Part shown: positions 34,649 through 43,177 of the stretch, in pieces | Position numbering within the stretch: the first letter of the stretch is position 1 | Layout: each line of letters starts with the position of its first letter | Source of the DNA: a virus | Taxonomy: Duplodnaviria; Heunggongvirae; Uroviricota; Caudoviricetes | Direction: 5' to 3' (one strand) | Virus record (IMG/VR): IMGVR_UViG_2872678658_000002 | DNA: 45,439 nt | Notes under the pieces: model-generated | Databases searched by the model: none | What the model was told of the DNA's origin: nothing | What the model saw: the letters and a program-made list of their open reading frames with translations, nothing else | Program-made: the position numbers and the translations under genes

Positions 34649-34804
34649 TTACTCCTCAGGTTCGTAAGCTGTGAAGACAGCGACCTCCGTCTGGCCGGTT
34701 CGGATTCGTACCTCGCAGAGGTCTTTCCTCGTTACCAGTGCCGTCACAATGACGGTTAAACAGATGACGATCAGGGCGATTAACATCGCCTTTTGCTGCT
34801 TCAT
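34649..34804 (-). CDS. hok: Hok/Gef-family membrane toxin (HokD-like)
   Basis: 51 aa MKQQKAMLIALIVICLTVIVTALVTRKDLCEVRIRTGQTEVAVFTAYEPEE; ORF has in-frame upstream extension to 34861. Confidence 0.85.
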   Translation of the reverse strand: MKQQKAMLIALIVICLTVIVTALVTRKDLCEVRIRTGQTEVAVFTAYEPEE

Positions 34805-35040
34805 AGCCTGCTTCTCCTTGCCTTTCGGCACGTAAGAGGCTAACCTAGATTTGCCGTTCATAGATTGAGCCTCAGATTAATGTTAAGCGTCTTGCAGGAC
34901 GCGTAATGTTAACTGGGGCTTTTCTCTATCTGCCTTTGGTGTTCATGCCTGAGACAGATAGCCTCAAGCACCCGCAGCCATTCTACTTAACTCCCGTTAC
35001 CTCGCCAATATAAAATCAATCAGAAAGGTGATCCATAAAA

Positions 35041-35727
35041 TCACTCCTTCTCTTCTTTTCCGTAGTGGAGTTGGCCAATTTTGATAAGAGGGCGTCCCTG
35101 AGATTTGCGGTGTAGATTGGTATCGCGCAGAGAATACACACAGCCACAATATTCCTGCTGATAGAATTTTTCGCGCTTGCTGATTTCAATCATACGGGAC
35201 GAGCCGCCCTGCTTGCGCCAGTTATAATCCCAGTACACCATACCCGGATAATGCGCAACAGCTCGCCGCCCACACTCGTTAACCTGCTGCATATTTTTCC
35301 AGCGTGAAATGCCCAGTGAACTGCTGATCACACTGAAACCATTTTCAGCAGCGTACAACGCTGTCCGCTCAAAACGCATGTCAAAACACATGGTACAACG
35401 GATCCCCCTCTCAGGCTCCCATTCCATTCCTTTGGCACGTTCAAACCAGTTGTCGGTGTCGTAATCAGCATCGATAAACGGCACGCCGTGTTGTTCAGCA
35501 AAGCGAATATTTTCATCCTTACGAATTAAATACTCTTTCTGAGGATGAATGTTCGGGTTGTAGAAAAAGATGGTGTAGTCGATTCCCGAGGCCTGAAGCG
35601 CCTCCATCACTTCACCGGAACATGGAGCACAGCAAGAGTGCAGTAGTAGTTTGTTTGCCCCGTTTGGGAGCTCCAATTTAGGCCGTTTGAAATCAGCAAT
35701 AGTCATAAATATTTTTATTGGGGTCAT
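35041..35727 (-). CDS. DUF208/QueH-like protein (putative epoxyqueuosine reductase, Fe-S)
   Basis: 228 aa with [11 protein letters not shown] motif plus CTMCF and YCGC cysteines characteristic of QueH family. Confidence 0.65.
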   Translation of the reverse strand: MTPIKIFMTIADFKRPKLELPNGANKLLLHSCCAPCSGEVMEALQASGIDYTIFFYNPNIHPQKEYLIRKDENIRFAEQHGVPFIDADYDTDNWFERAKGMEWEPERGIRCTMCFDMRFERTALYAAENGFSVISSSLGISRWKNMQQVNECGRRAVAHYPGMVYWDYNWRKQGGSSRMIEISKREKFYQQEYCGCVYSLRDTNLHRKSQGRPLIKIGQLHYGKEEKE

Positions 35728-35880
35728 GAAAATAGCACAGAGTGTAGCATCAGAGCAGGGCTATCGGGAATATATGTCTAAATCTGGTAATATCTGGTTT
35801 TGACGCAAAGCGGACAACCACGCTGGCTCTACCCTGCGCCATGAAAATGTCAATTCACATCTGAACTAATGCTCTTTAAT

Positions 35881-36306
35881 CTAGTAACGTCTAAAATACC
35901 TAACATTTCCTTGATAAAATGCCAGTACACGCTGCATAGCTTCGCTCTTCCGGCACTCGCGACAGATTATGTTCTGACGCCTGTCGTAGCGACGTATTTC
36001 TCCGTCAGGTAATGACCAGATAAGGTCCGGATCAACCGCAGATGGTTTCTTCAGCTTTGCCCTTGAGAGCTTTTTACGGGCATTTTGCCAGTCCTTACGC
36101 GCCTGTTCAGACGGGAATAACCCGTAACCAGAGTTGTATACATCGCCGCTGGCAACCAGCTCTCTTGCGAGAACGCTCATCAGATATCTTGTCGCACCTG
36201 TCTTGACTTCCAGTTGCCGTAACGTCTCACGCCCACTCTGGCGTACGAGTTCAAAAACCTGTCCTTTAATTTTTTCCCGCTCTTCTTGTGTAAAAACTTT
36301 TGCCAC
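35881..36306 (-). CDS. hypothetical protein downstream of replication initiator
   Basis: 141-aa ORF, basic C-terminal half with CxxC. Confidence 0.4.
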   Translation of the reverse strand: MAKVFTQEEREKIKGQVFELVRQSGRETLRQLEVKTGATRYLMSVLARELVASGDVYNSGYGLFPSEQARKDWQNARKKLSRAKLKKPSAVDPDLIWSLPDGEIRRYDRRQNIICRECRKSEAMQRVLAFYQGNVRYFRRY

Positions 36307-36346
36307 AAGCCCTCCTGAAAATTACCTCATGACCAGAAATTAACAC

Positions 36347-37423
36347 TTACCCCCTGAAGCCCGGCGGAATTTCGTTATCCGGTTCAGAAATATGATTCAC
36401 ACAACGCTGGTTGTTCGTGCCGCTTACCGGGAGCAACCAGGGGTTCTCAAAATTCCGGTCTGGTCCAAAAAACGTCGTCGCTCGCTGAACAAATTCCGTT
36501 CCCGTTTTCCCGGTAGCCGCCAAGTATCTTGCGTAACGCCTCACGCCATCCAGCATGGCCTCTGGTGGCACCCCCTCGCGTAATCTGGCCTTCCAGGCAC
36601 TGAAAGCGGATTTCTTCGGGTTTGCCCCAGCACGCAACGGGTACTCCCGCCAGACCTGTTCGAACACATCCGGATAATCCACTCGTCCCACAGACTGCCC
36701 GGTGTTTTCCGGGACTACCCGATCGGCTTCCCGCTGAATGGCGGAATCGGCTTCGGGCTGCTGCAGTTGGTGTGATTGCTCCGGCCTTGCGGTCATCACC
36801 TGCTGCACAGCGCCCGAATCGGCTTTCAGCGCATACGCTGAATCGGCTTCCGGTGTCGTGCCTGCTGGCTGACCAAGATTGACGGTCTGAACATCCCCTG
36901 CCTGGTTCGTGGCGTTTTTTACGCCATGGACCATAGTGTTTTGATCTTCTTGATCTGTATCTTTATCTGTATCTTTATCTGTCGTGACTCGTCGTGACAT
37001 GTGCGTGACATTTCGTGACGCGCCGTGACAATCGCCATTTTGTTCCCGCTTTCTTTCCCTCTCTCGCTGCGCCCTCTTGCGCTCTGCAGGAGATTTTGCG
37101 GTTTGCGAAATATTGCCGTTGTCCTCTTTAAGCACCTGGCGTTTTTCCCATCCAGTGATTAAATCACCATCAAGTACCCGCCCCTGCATCGTCTGCAAAA
37201 TTGAATCAATTACCTCTTCTGTCACGTCGAGCGCACTTGCCAAATCTTCTGTCGTGACATCAATGTGACCTCGCGTGACATTTCGTGACGCGCTCACCAA
37301 GAGGTGGATATACACTGCCATCACTGTTGCAATTGGCTGCCCTGACACCCTGGCAATTGTTCGCCACTTAGGGTCATTTGGCATGTCATGCCATAATCTG
37401 AGCCAGGCGTTAGCCATACTCAC
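36347..37423 (-). CDS. replication initiator (lambda O-like role) containing its own iteron origin
   Basis: 358 aa; N-terminal winged-helix-like region; two iteron arrays and an AT-rich tandem repeat lie inside the coding sequence. Confidence 0.6.
   Translation of the reverse strand: MSMANAWLRLWHDMPNDPKWRTIARVSGQPIATVMAVYIHLLVSASRNVTRGHIDVTTEDLASALDVTEEVIDSILQTMQGRVLDGDLITGWEKRQVLKEDNGNISQTAKSPAERKRAQRERERKREQNGDCHGASRNVTHMSRRVTTDKDTDKDTDQEDQNTMVHGVKNATNQAGDVQTVNLGQPAGTTPEADSAYALKADSGAVQQVMTARPEQSHQLQQPEADSAIQREADRVVPENTGQSVGRVDYPDVFEQVWREYPLRAGANPKKSAFSAWKARLREGVPPEAMLDGVRRYARYLAATGKTGTEFVQRATTFFGPDRNFENPWLLPVSGTNNQRCVNHISEPDNEIPPGFRG
36983..37029. repeat. iteron array 1: five CGTGAC repeats at 10-11 bp phasing
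   Basis: repeat starts at 36983, 36993, 37004, 37014, 37024; preceded by (TCTGTATCTTTA)x2 and two GATC sites. Confidence 0.7.
37253..37289. repeat. iteron array 2: four (C/T)GTGAC repeats at about 10-bp phasing plus one inverted copy at 37221
   Basis: catttcgtgacgcgc is shared verbatim with array 1. Confidence 0.65.
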
Positions 37424-37488
37424 CTCTTTTGATACCGAATCTTTTTACTCACAAATTGCCGGAAGTGATCCGGTATGAATATTGCGAG

Positions 37489-37914
37489 TCAATGCACAGC
37501 CACAATATTTCCTGCAGGGCCACCACGATTCATCTGGTTGAAACCAGCGATCGCCACTGCGACAAAATCATCAGCGTCTCTCACCAGTCGTTCCCGCGTC
37601 TCCACTAGTTCCCGAAAATAGGCTGAGCTATGACTGCGCATTCGGGCCACCAGCAGAGGTGGCATTGCTTTTTCGATAGCTGGTAACAACGCCTGAATTT
37701 TTTTAACCGCATCAGGGGTGTCTTTCTCCACCCAGCGGAAAATTTTCTGAGTATTGCGAGCCAGGGCTTCCGGATGGCTGTCGTCATACAGTTCCGGGAA
37801 CGTCATTCCCAGCTCGAAATACGCTTTGGTAATTTTCGCAGCCGGTACTTTTTCGCCGTCCGGATGCGCCCAGGCATTCATCGCCATGCGGATGTGTTCA
37901 TGCTTGATTTTCAT
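37489..37914 (-). CDS. YdaT-like protein (DUF1019; cII-position protein)
   Basis: 141 aa starting MKIKHEHI as remembered for Rac YdaT; follows Cro-like gene. Confidence 0.55.
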   Translation of the reverse strand: MKIKHEHIRMAMNAWAHPDGEKVPAAKITKAYFELGMTFPELYDDSHPEALARNTQKIFRWVEKDTPDAVKKIQALLPAIEKAMPPLLVARMRSHSSAYFRELVETRERLVRDADDFVAVAIAGFNQMNRGGPAGNIVAVH

Positions 37915-38165
37915 GAATCAACTCCCATCAGCTTTTTCGTAGTAGTTTTATTCCTGCCAATAGTTAAAATTGCATCGGCAGAAAATAATCCGTTTGATGC
38001 AAGAGCGATTTTTTCAGCGTAATTTGTTTCGCCGGTATATTCTGTGCGAGGCAATTTTCCGTTATCCATCCATTTATAGATTGCTCTTTGGCTGACACCA
38101 CAAACGTCGGCCACAACAGCAACGCGAACAGTTTTGATTACATCTTCAAGTGTTTTCTGGTTCAT
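37911..38165 (-). CDS. Cro-like HTH regulator
   Basis: start placed at Met25 (ATG at 38165) with GAGGGTG Shine-Dalgarno; HTH segment VVADVCGVSQRAIYKWM; divergent from repressor. Confidence 0.65.
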   Translation of the reverse strand: MNQKTLEDVIKTVRVAVVADVCGVSQRAIYKWMDNGKLPRTEYTGETNYAEKIALASNGLFSADAILTIGRNKTTTKKLMGVDS

Positions 38166-38244
38166 ATCACCCTCACAATGTGAACTTTGAGTACATGCTA
38201 TAACAGAACTGACAGTACATTCAAGAGCGAATATCATTGAACTT
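38166..38244. promoter_or_regulatory. OR-like divergent promoter/operator region
   Basis: palindrome TCACAATGTGA (38173-38183) and direct repeats AGTACAT at 38190 and 38214. Confidence 0.5.
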
Positions 38245-38664
38245 ATGGTTCATGAAGATAAAGCGCGTAAAGAGTTCGCCAGTAGGCTTGCGCTAGCCTG
38301 TGAAAACGCTGGTTATGAACAACATGGAAGGCAGGCAGAAATTGCCCGTCGAATGAAATTAACACCAAAAGCGGTTAGCAAATGGTTTAATGGCGAAACA
38401 ATTCCTCGCCGGGAGAAATTAAGGGAATTAGCAACACTAATAGGAACAACACCAACCTATCTTTTGGGAGAGGATACAGAAGAAAGTGGACAGGTACGTT
38501 TCTATCAGGAGTTAAATCCAAGACAAAAAATCATCATTGACCTTCTGGACGAGCTCCCTGACAGTGAGACAGATGAACTTTTAAAAACTCTTGAAGAGAA
38601 AAAACAGAAGTACAATGCAATTTACGAAGAGTTAGCACGAAAGAAAAAACAAAAAGCCTCTTAA
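38245..38664 (+). CDS. CI-like prophage repressor (HTH_XRE)
   Basis: 139 aa; HTH (GRQAEIARRMKLTPKAVSKWFNG); divergently oriented to Cro-like gene. Confidence 0.7.
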   Translation: MVHEDKARKEFASRLALACENAGYEQHGRQAEIARRMKLTPKAVSKWFNGETIPRREKLRELATLIGTTPTYLLGEDTEESGQVRFYQELNPRQKIIIDLLDELPDSETDELLKTLEEKKQKYNAIYEELARKKKQKAS

Positions 38665-38734
38665 ACCAGCATAAATCCGGTAGCGCCTTCCTCCGGGTTT
38701 GTGCTTCACTTTATCCCATCTCATTTTTTTACAC

Positions 38735-38785
38735 ACAAAATGTACTAAAAGTACTTTACAACAATGAACGCAAAGTACATTATAT
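38735..38785 (+). promoter_or_regulatory. OL/pL-like operator-promoter candidate downstream of repressor
   Basis: ATGTACT (38740), palindromic AAGTACTT (38749) and AGTACAT (38774) share the heptamer seen in the OR-like region. Confidence 0.4.
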
Positions 38786-38965
38786 ACCTGCCACCCACCC
38801 CACCCCACAGAATGCAGGGCAATACTTCGAGTTACCAGGCAGTGGTCAGGGGTTAAGTAGCCAGCCCGAGGCGTAAGAACATGACGGCAGGGTTCAACTT
38901 TAATAACTATGCAGCAGGTTTTTGTTCCGCTACCCCGGCGTTAAGGGGAAACAGAGGATTTCTCA

Positions 38966-39322
38966 GTGGGCGAAGTCAAACATCAGAATGGAAGGCGTCC
39001 AGGGATCAGCAAAGAAACAGCGATGGCGCTTTATATTGATATCAGCGCCATTGCCGGACAGGTAAGAATTATCAGAGCGGTAACTAAGCGGTATGCGCCT
39101 TTACTTCAGAAAGTCTCTGGTGAGTGCACCGAAGATATTGTCAACGATTTCGTCATCAAACTGCGAGGACTCATCTTCAGTTACAAGGTGACCACAATTT
39201 TTGCAGATGGCTCCCGCGAAACTGTCAGAGCCCTGCGGTTTAAAGGATGTGTCAAAGACTTCGCCACCACATTCTGGGCAAGAAAACTTGATTGTATTCA
39301 TAACCAATTTCCTCTCGAGTAA
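38966..39322 (+). CDS. hypothetical protein (first ORF of early-left operon), antisense-overlapping a zinc-ribbon ORF
   Basis: GTG start with AGAGGA 7 nt upstream; same strand as repressor and dicB operon. Confidence 0.35.
   Translation: MGEVKHQNGRRPGISKETAMALYIDISAIAGQVRIIRAVTKRYAPLLQKVSGECTEDIVNDFVIKLRGLIFSYKVTTIFADGSRETVRALRFKGCVKDFATTFWARKLDCIHNQFPLE
39101..39301 (-). CDS. small zinc-ribbon protein (CPECG...CKNCG)
   Basis: 66 aa from ATG 39301 with GAGAGGA Shine-Dalgarno; two CxxC pairs 24 residues apart; acidic C-terminus. Confidence 0.45.
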   Translation of the reverse strand: MNTIKFSCPECGGEVFDTSFKPQGSDSFAGAICKNCGHLVTEDESSQFDDEIVDNIFGALTRDFLK

Positions 39323-39393
39323 CAGACCCCTCAGAGGATACCACCTCGCCTGACGTGGTTAAAAGCAGGCAACGCTAACCACAAGGAGCCGAC

Positions 39394-39612
39394 ATGCAGA
39401 AACGAGAACCCGTCATCATCGCGCCAGACTATACCGATGATGAACTTTATGAGTGGATGCGCCAGAAAATTAATGCAGCGCAGGATCTGAAATGGGCCAA
39501 TGAAGCCAGGGCTAAGCAGGCTGAAAATCTGTCCGCTCTGGAGCAGGATATCACCAATCTGGAAAAAGCAGCGGCATTAAGCATTGCCAGAATGATTACA
39601 TACCCGCGTTAA
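39394..39612 (+). CDS. YdfC-like small protein
   Basis: 72 aa with strong AAGGAG RBS; same size and position as Qin ydfC upstream of dicF. Confidence 0.6.
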   Translation: MQKREPVIIAPDYTDDELYEWMRQKINAAQDLKWANEARAKQAENLSALEQDITNLEKAAALSIARMITYPR

Positions 39613-39952
39613 TAGCTAACCAACGAAGCTAAGGTTGGTAATTAAGGAGTTCTCCACGGGTGAGGTGGAGTGCGTGCGCCGGACACGGGTGAACATCCAG
39701 CACAGACAGTTTACTGAAAGGATATTTCCCTGAAAAGTCAGACCATAACGCGAAAGCGCACGGCGAGGTAGCTGGTTCATAGATAGCCTGTCGTTAAATT
39801 TTCGTCGACCGTGCGCTTCCGGTTGTGGCACTCCGCGAAATGGCGCGGCGGTAAGTATGGCGGGGTTATTCCTTCCCCGTTGAGGACACCGGGTTGTCAG
39901 GTTGACCATACGCTTAAGTGACAACCCCGCTGCAACGCCCTCTGTTATCAAT

Positions 39953-40010
39953 TTTCTGGTGACGTTTGGCGGTATCAGTTTTACTCCGTGACTGCTCTGC
40001 CGCCCTTTTT
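39953..40010 (+). ncRNA. dicF: DicF small RNA
   Basis: TTTCTGGTGACGTTTGGCGGTATCAGTTTTACTCCGTGACTGCTCTGCCGCCCTTTTT matches remembered DicF; lies in long ORF-free structured leader upstream of dicB. Confidence 0.85.
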
Positions 40011-40179
40011 AAAGTGAATTTTGTGATGTGGTGAATGCGGCTGAGCGCACGCGGAACAGTTAAAACCAAAAACAGTGTTATGGGTGGATTCTCTGTATCC
40101 GGCGTTAATTGTTAACTGGTTAACGTCACCTGGAGGCACCAGGCACCGCATCACAAAATTCATTGTTGAGGACGCGATA

Positions 40180-40368
40180 ATGGAAACGTTATTACCAAAC
40201 GTTAATACGTCTGAAGGTTGTTTTGAAATTGGTGTCACTATCAGTAACCCTGAATTTACTGAAGATGCCATTAACAAGAGAAAACACGAACGGGAGTTAT
40301 TAAATAAAATATGCATTGTTTCAATGCTGGCCCGTTTACGCCTGATGCAAAAAGGACGCTGGCAATGA
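40180..40368 (+). CDS. dicB: cell-division inhibitor DicB
   Basis: 62 aa METLLPNVNTSEGCFEIGVTISNPEFTEDAINKRKHERELLNKICIVSMLARLRLMQKGRWQ, near-identical to remembered DicB; GAGGA RBS. Confidence 0.85.
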   Translation: METLLPNVNTSEGCFEIGVTISNPEFTEDAINKRKHERELLNKICIVSMLARLRLMQKGRWQ

Positions 40369-40568
40369 ATACTGCTGTTGCCCTCACTCTGACTGTTTTT
40401 CTTAATACTGGCGAACCTGTTGATGTGGTTACTGGTATATATGGTTCAATGAAAGAATGTATGGCTGCCGCAGCAGAACAGAAAATTCCTGGTAACTGTT
40501 ATCCGGTCGAGAAAGTTATTCGCATGGATAATAACGAAATCCCGGCAGGATTAAAAACAGCGCCGTAA
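40365..40568 (+). CDS. YdfD-like small membrane protein
   Basis: 67 aa with N-terminal hydrophobic segment; immediately follows dicB as ydfD does in Qin. Confidence 0.55.
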   Translation: MNTAVALTLTVFLNTGEPVDVVTGIYGSMKECMAAAAEQKIPGNCYPVEKVIRMDNNEIPAGLKTAP

Positions 40569-40647
40569 TTAATATCCAGTTTCATTTTTATATGCCAGCA
40601 ATGGCAGGGATTTGTTCACCCTTAAATCTGTAATGAGGTAAAACAAA

Positions 40648-43119
40648 ATGAGTAAAGTCTTTATTTGCGCCGCCATTCCGGACGAACAGGCAATAAAGGA
40701 AGAAGGTGCAGTTGCTGTAGCCACTGCCATTGAAGCCGGTGACAAACGCCGCGCCCGTGCCAAATTTACCTGGCAATTCCTGGAGCAATATCCGGCTGCT
40801 CAGGACTGCGCTTATAAATTTCTTGTCTGCGAGGATAAAACCGGCATGCCCCGCCCTGCTATAGACTCCTGGGATACCGAATATATGCAGGAAAACCGCT
40901 GGGATGAGGAATCCGCTTCCTTTATTCCGGTCGAACCAGAATCCGATCCGATGAACGTCAATTTTGACAAGCTGTCCCTTGAAGTACAGAACGCGGTTCT
41001 GGTTAAGTTCGGTACATGTGAAAACATCACCGTTGATATGGTGATTAGTGCTCAGGAATTACTGCAGGAGGACATGGCAACATTCGACGGGCATATCGTT
41101 GAGGCATTGATGAAAATGCCTGAAGTTAATGTCATGTATTCAGAGCTTAAGCTGCTCGCCATCGGGTGGGTTAAACATAAATGTAAGCCGGGTGCAAAAT
41201 GGCCTGAGATCCAGACAGAATTACGCACCTGGAAAAAACGTCGCGAAGCCGAACGCAAAGAAACCGGGAAATACACGTCTGTTGTTGATCTTGCCCGCGC
41301 CAGAGTCAACCGGCAGCACACTGAAAACTCAGCAGGAAAAATCAACCCCGCCACTGCCGCCATTCGTCGCGAATACAAGCAGACATGGAAAACGCTGGAT
41401 GAAGAACTGGCCTACGCTCTGTGGCCTGGTGATATTAATGCCGGAAACATTGACGGCAGCATCCATCGCTGGGCAAAAAATGAAGTTATCGACAAAGATC
41501 GCGAAGACTGGAAGCGTATCTCGGCATCAATGCGCAAACAGCCTGATGCCCTTCGCTACGACCGCCAGACTATTTTTGGCCTTGTCCGTGAACGTCCGAT
41601 CGACATTCACAAAGACCCTGTGGCACTGAACAAATACATTACTGAATACCTGACTACAAAGGGCGTGTTTGAAGATGAAGGAAGAAATCAGAGCACAACT
41701 GATACTCTCTCGTCGCCAGTACCAGAAACTGATGCAGTGGAAACGGCAATTCCGGACAACGAAAAAACCGAATGCCAAGTGGAAGTCGAACCATCTGTAG
41801 AGCGTGAGGGGCCGTTCTACTTCCTCTTCACCGACAAGGATGGCGAAAAATACGGTCGCGCAAACAAACTTTCTGGTCTGGATAAGGCACTGGCTGCCGG
41901 GGCTACTGAAATCACGAAAGAAGAATATTTCGCCCGCAAAAACGGTACATACTCAGGTTCACAACAAAATACTGGTACATCTGACACGACCGCACAACCA
42001 GGGCCGGTAAAAGTTACCGCTGACGAAGTAAACAAAATTATGCAGGCAGCCAATATCAGCCAGCCTGACGCCGATGAACTGCTTGCAGTATCACGTGGTG
42101 AATTTGTTGCAGGGATTAGCGATCCGAATGATCCGAAATGGGTGAAGGGGATTGAAACCCGCGATTCTGTGAACCAGAACCAGCAAAAAACGGAACAGAA
42201 CGACCAGAAAGCGGAACAAAACAGCCCAAATACGCAACAAAACGAGCCAGAAACGAAACAACCTGAACCAGTAGTGCAACAGGAACCGGAAAAGATCTGC
42301 ACCGCCTGCGGTCAGAGCGGTTGCGGCAACTGCCCTGATTGTGGCGCGGTGATGGGCGACGCAACATACCAGGAAACATTCGATGAAGAGAATCAGGTTG
42401 AAGTTCAGGAAAATGATCCGGAGGAAATGGAAGGCGCTGAACATCCACACAAGGAGAACACTGGCGGCAATCAGCATCACGATAGCGATAATGAAACTGG
42501 CGAGGCGGCAGATCACTCAATTAAGGTGAACGGTCATCACGAAATCACATCCACCAGCAGAACGTGTGACCATCTAATGATCGACCTCGAAACCATGGGA
42601 AAAAATCCTGATGCCCCGATTATCTCAATAGGTGCAATATTTTTCGATCCGCAAACCGGAGATATGGGACCGGAATTTAGTAAGACTATCGATCTGGAAA
42701 CTGCTGGCGGAGTCATTGATCGGGACACCATTAAATGGTGGCTGAAGCAATCACGCGAAGCGCAATCTGCCATTATGACCGATGAAATCCCGTTAGATGA
42801 TGCACTGTTACAATTGCGAGAATTTATCGACGAAAACTCCGGTGAATTTTTTGTTCAGGTCTGGGGAAATGGAGCCAACTTCGACAACACGATTTTGCGC
42901 CGTTCATACGAACGGCAGGGGATCCCCTGCCCGTGGCGTTACTACAACGATCGCGATGTACGCACAATCGTTGAGCTGGGGAAAGCCATAGACTTCGATG
43001 CCAGAACGGCTATTCCATTCGAAGGTGAGCGCCATAATGCACTTGATGACGCCCGTTACCAAGCAAAATACGTTTCAGCTATCTGGCAAAAACTGATCCC
43101 GAGTCAGGCTGATTTTTAA
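40648..43119 (+). CDS. multidomain exonuclease (YdfE-like; C-terminal DnaQ-like DEDDh 3-prime-5-prime exonuclease)
   Basis: 823 aa; Q/N-rich linker, CTACGQSGCGNCPDCG zinc ribbon, C-terminal DLETMG...NGANFD...HNALDD exonuclease motifs. Confidence 0.7.
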   Translation: MSKVFICAAIPDEQAIKEEGAVAVATAIEAGDKRRARAKFTWQFLEQYPAAQDCAYKFLVCEDKTGMPRPAIDSWDTEYMQENRWDEESASFIPVEPESDPMNVNFDKLSLEVQNAVLVKFGTCENITVDMVISAQELLQEDMATFDGHIVEALMKMPEVNVMYSELKLLAIGWVKHKCKPGAKWPEIQTELRTWKKRREAERKETGKYTSVVDLARARVNRQHTENSAGKINPATAAIRREYKQTWKTLDEELAYALWPGDINAGNIDGSIHRWAKNEVIDKDREDWKRISASMRKQPDALRYDRQTIFGLVRERPIDIHKDPVALNKYITEYLTTKGVFEDEGRNQSTTDTLSSPVPETDAVETAIPDNEKTECQVEVEPSVEREGPFYFLFTDKDGEKYGRANKLSGLDKALAAGATEITKEEYFARKNGTYSGSQQNTGTSDTTAQPGPVKVTADEVNKIMQAANISQPDADELLAVSRGEFVAGISDPNDPKWVKGIETRDSVNQNQQKTEQNDQKAEQNSPNTQQNEPETKQPEPVVQQEPEKICTACGQSGCGNCPDCGAVMGDATYQETFDEENQVEVQENDPEEMEGAEHPHKENTGGNQHHDSDNETGEAADHSIKVNGHHEITSTSRTCDHLMIDLETMGKNPDAPIISIGAIFFDPQTGDMGPEFSKTIDLETAGGVIDRDTIKWWLKQSREAQSAIMTDEIPLDDALLQLREFIDENSGEFFVQVWGNGANFDNTILRRSYERQGIPCPWRYYNDRDVRTIVELGKAIDFDARTAIPFEGERHNALDDARYQAKYVSAIWQKLIPSQADF

Positions 43120-43177
43120 TGTTCAACCCTGATCGCCGCTAACCGCATATAGTTAGCGGCGGTTATGAGATATAGCT

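Noticed and set aside
39616-39951. 111-aa minus-strand ORF
   Set aside because: Falls in the ORF-free structured leader immediately upstream of DicF; composition not protein-like; no RBS.
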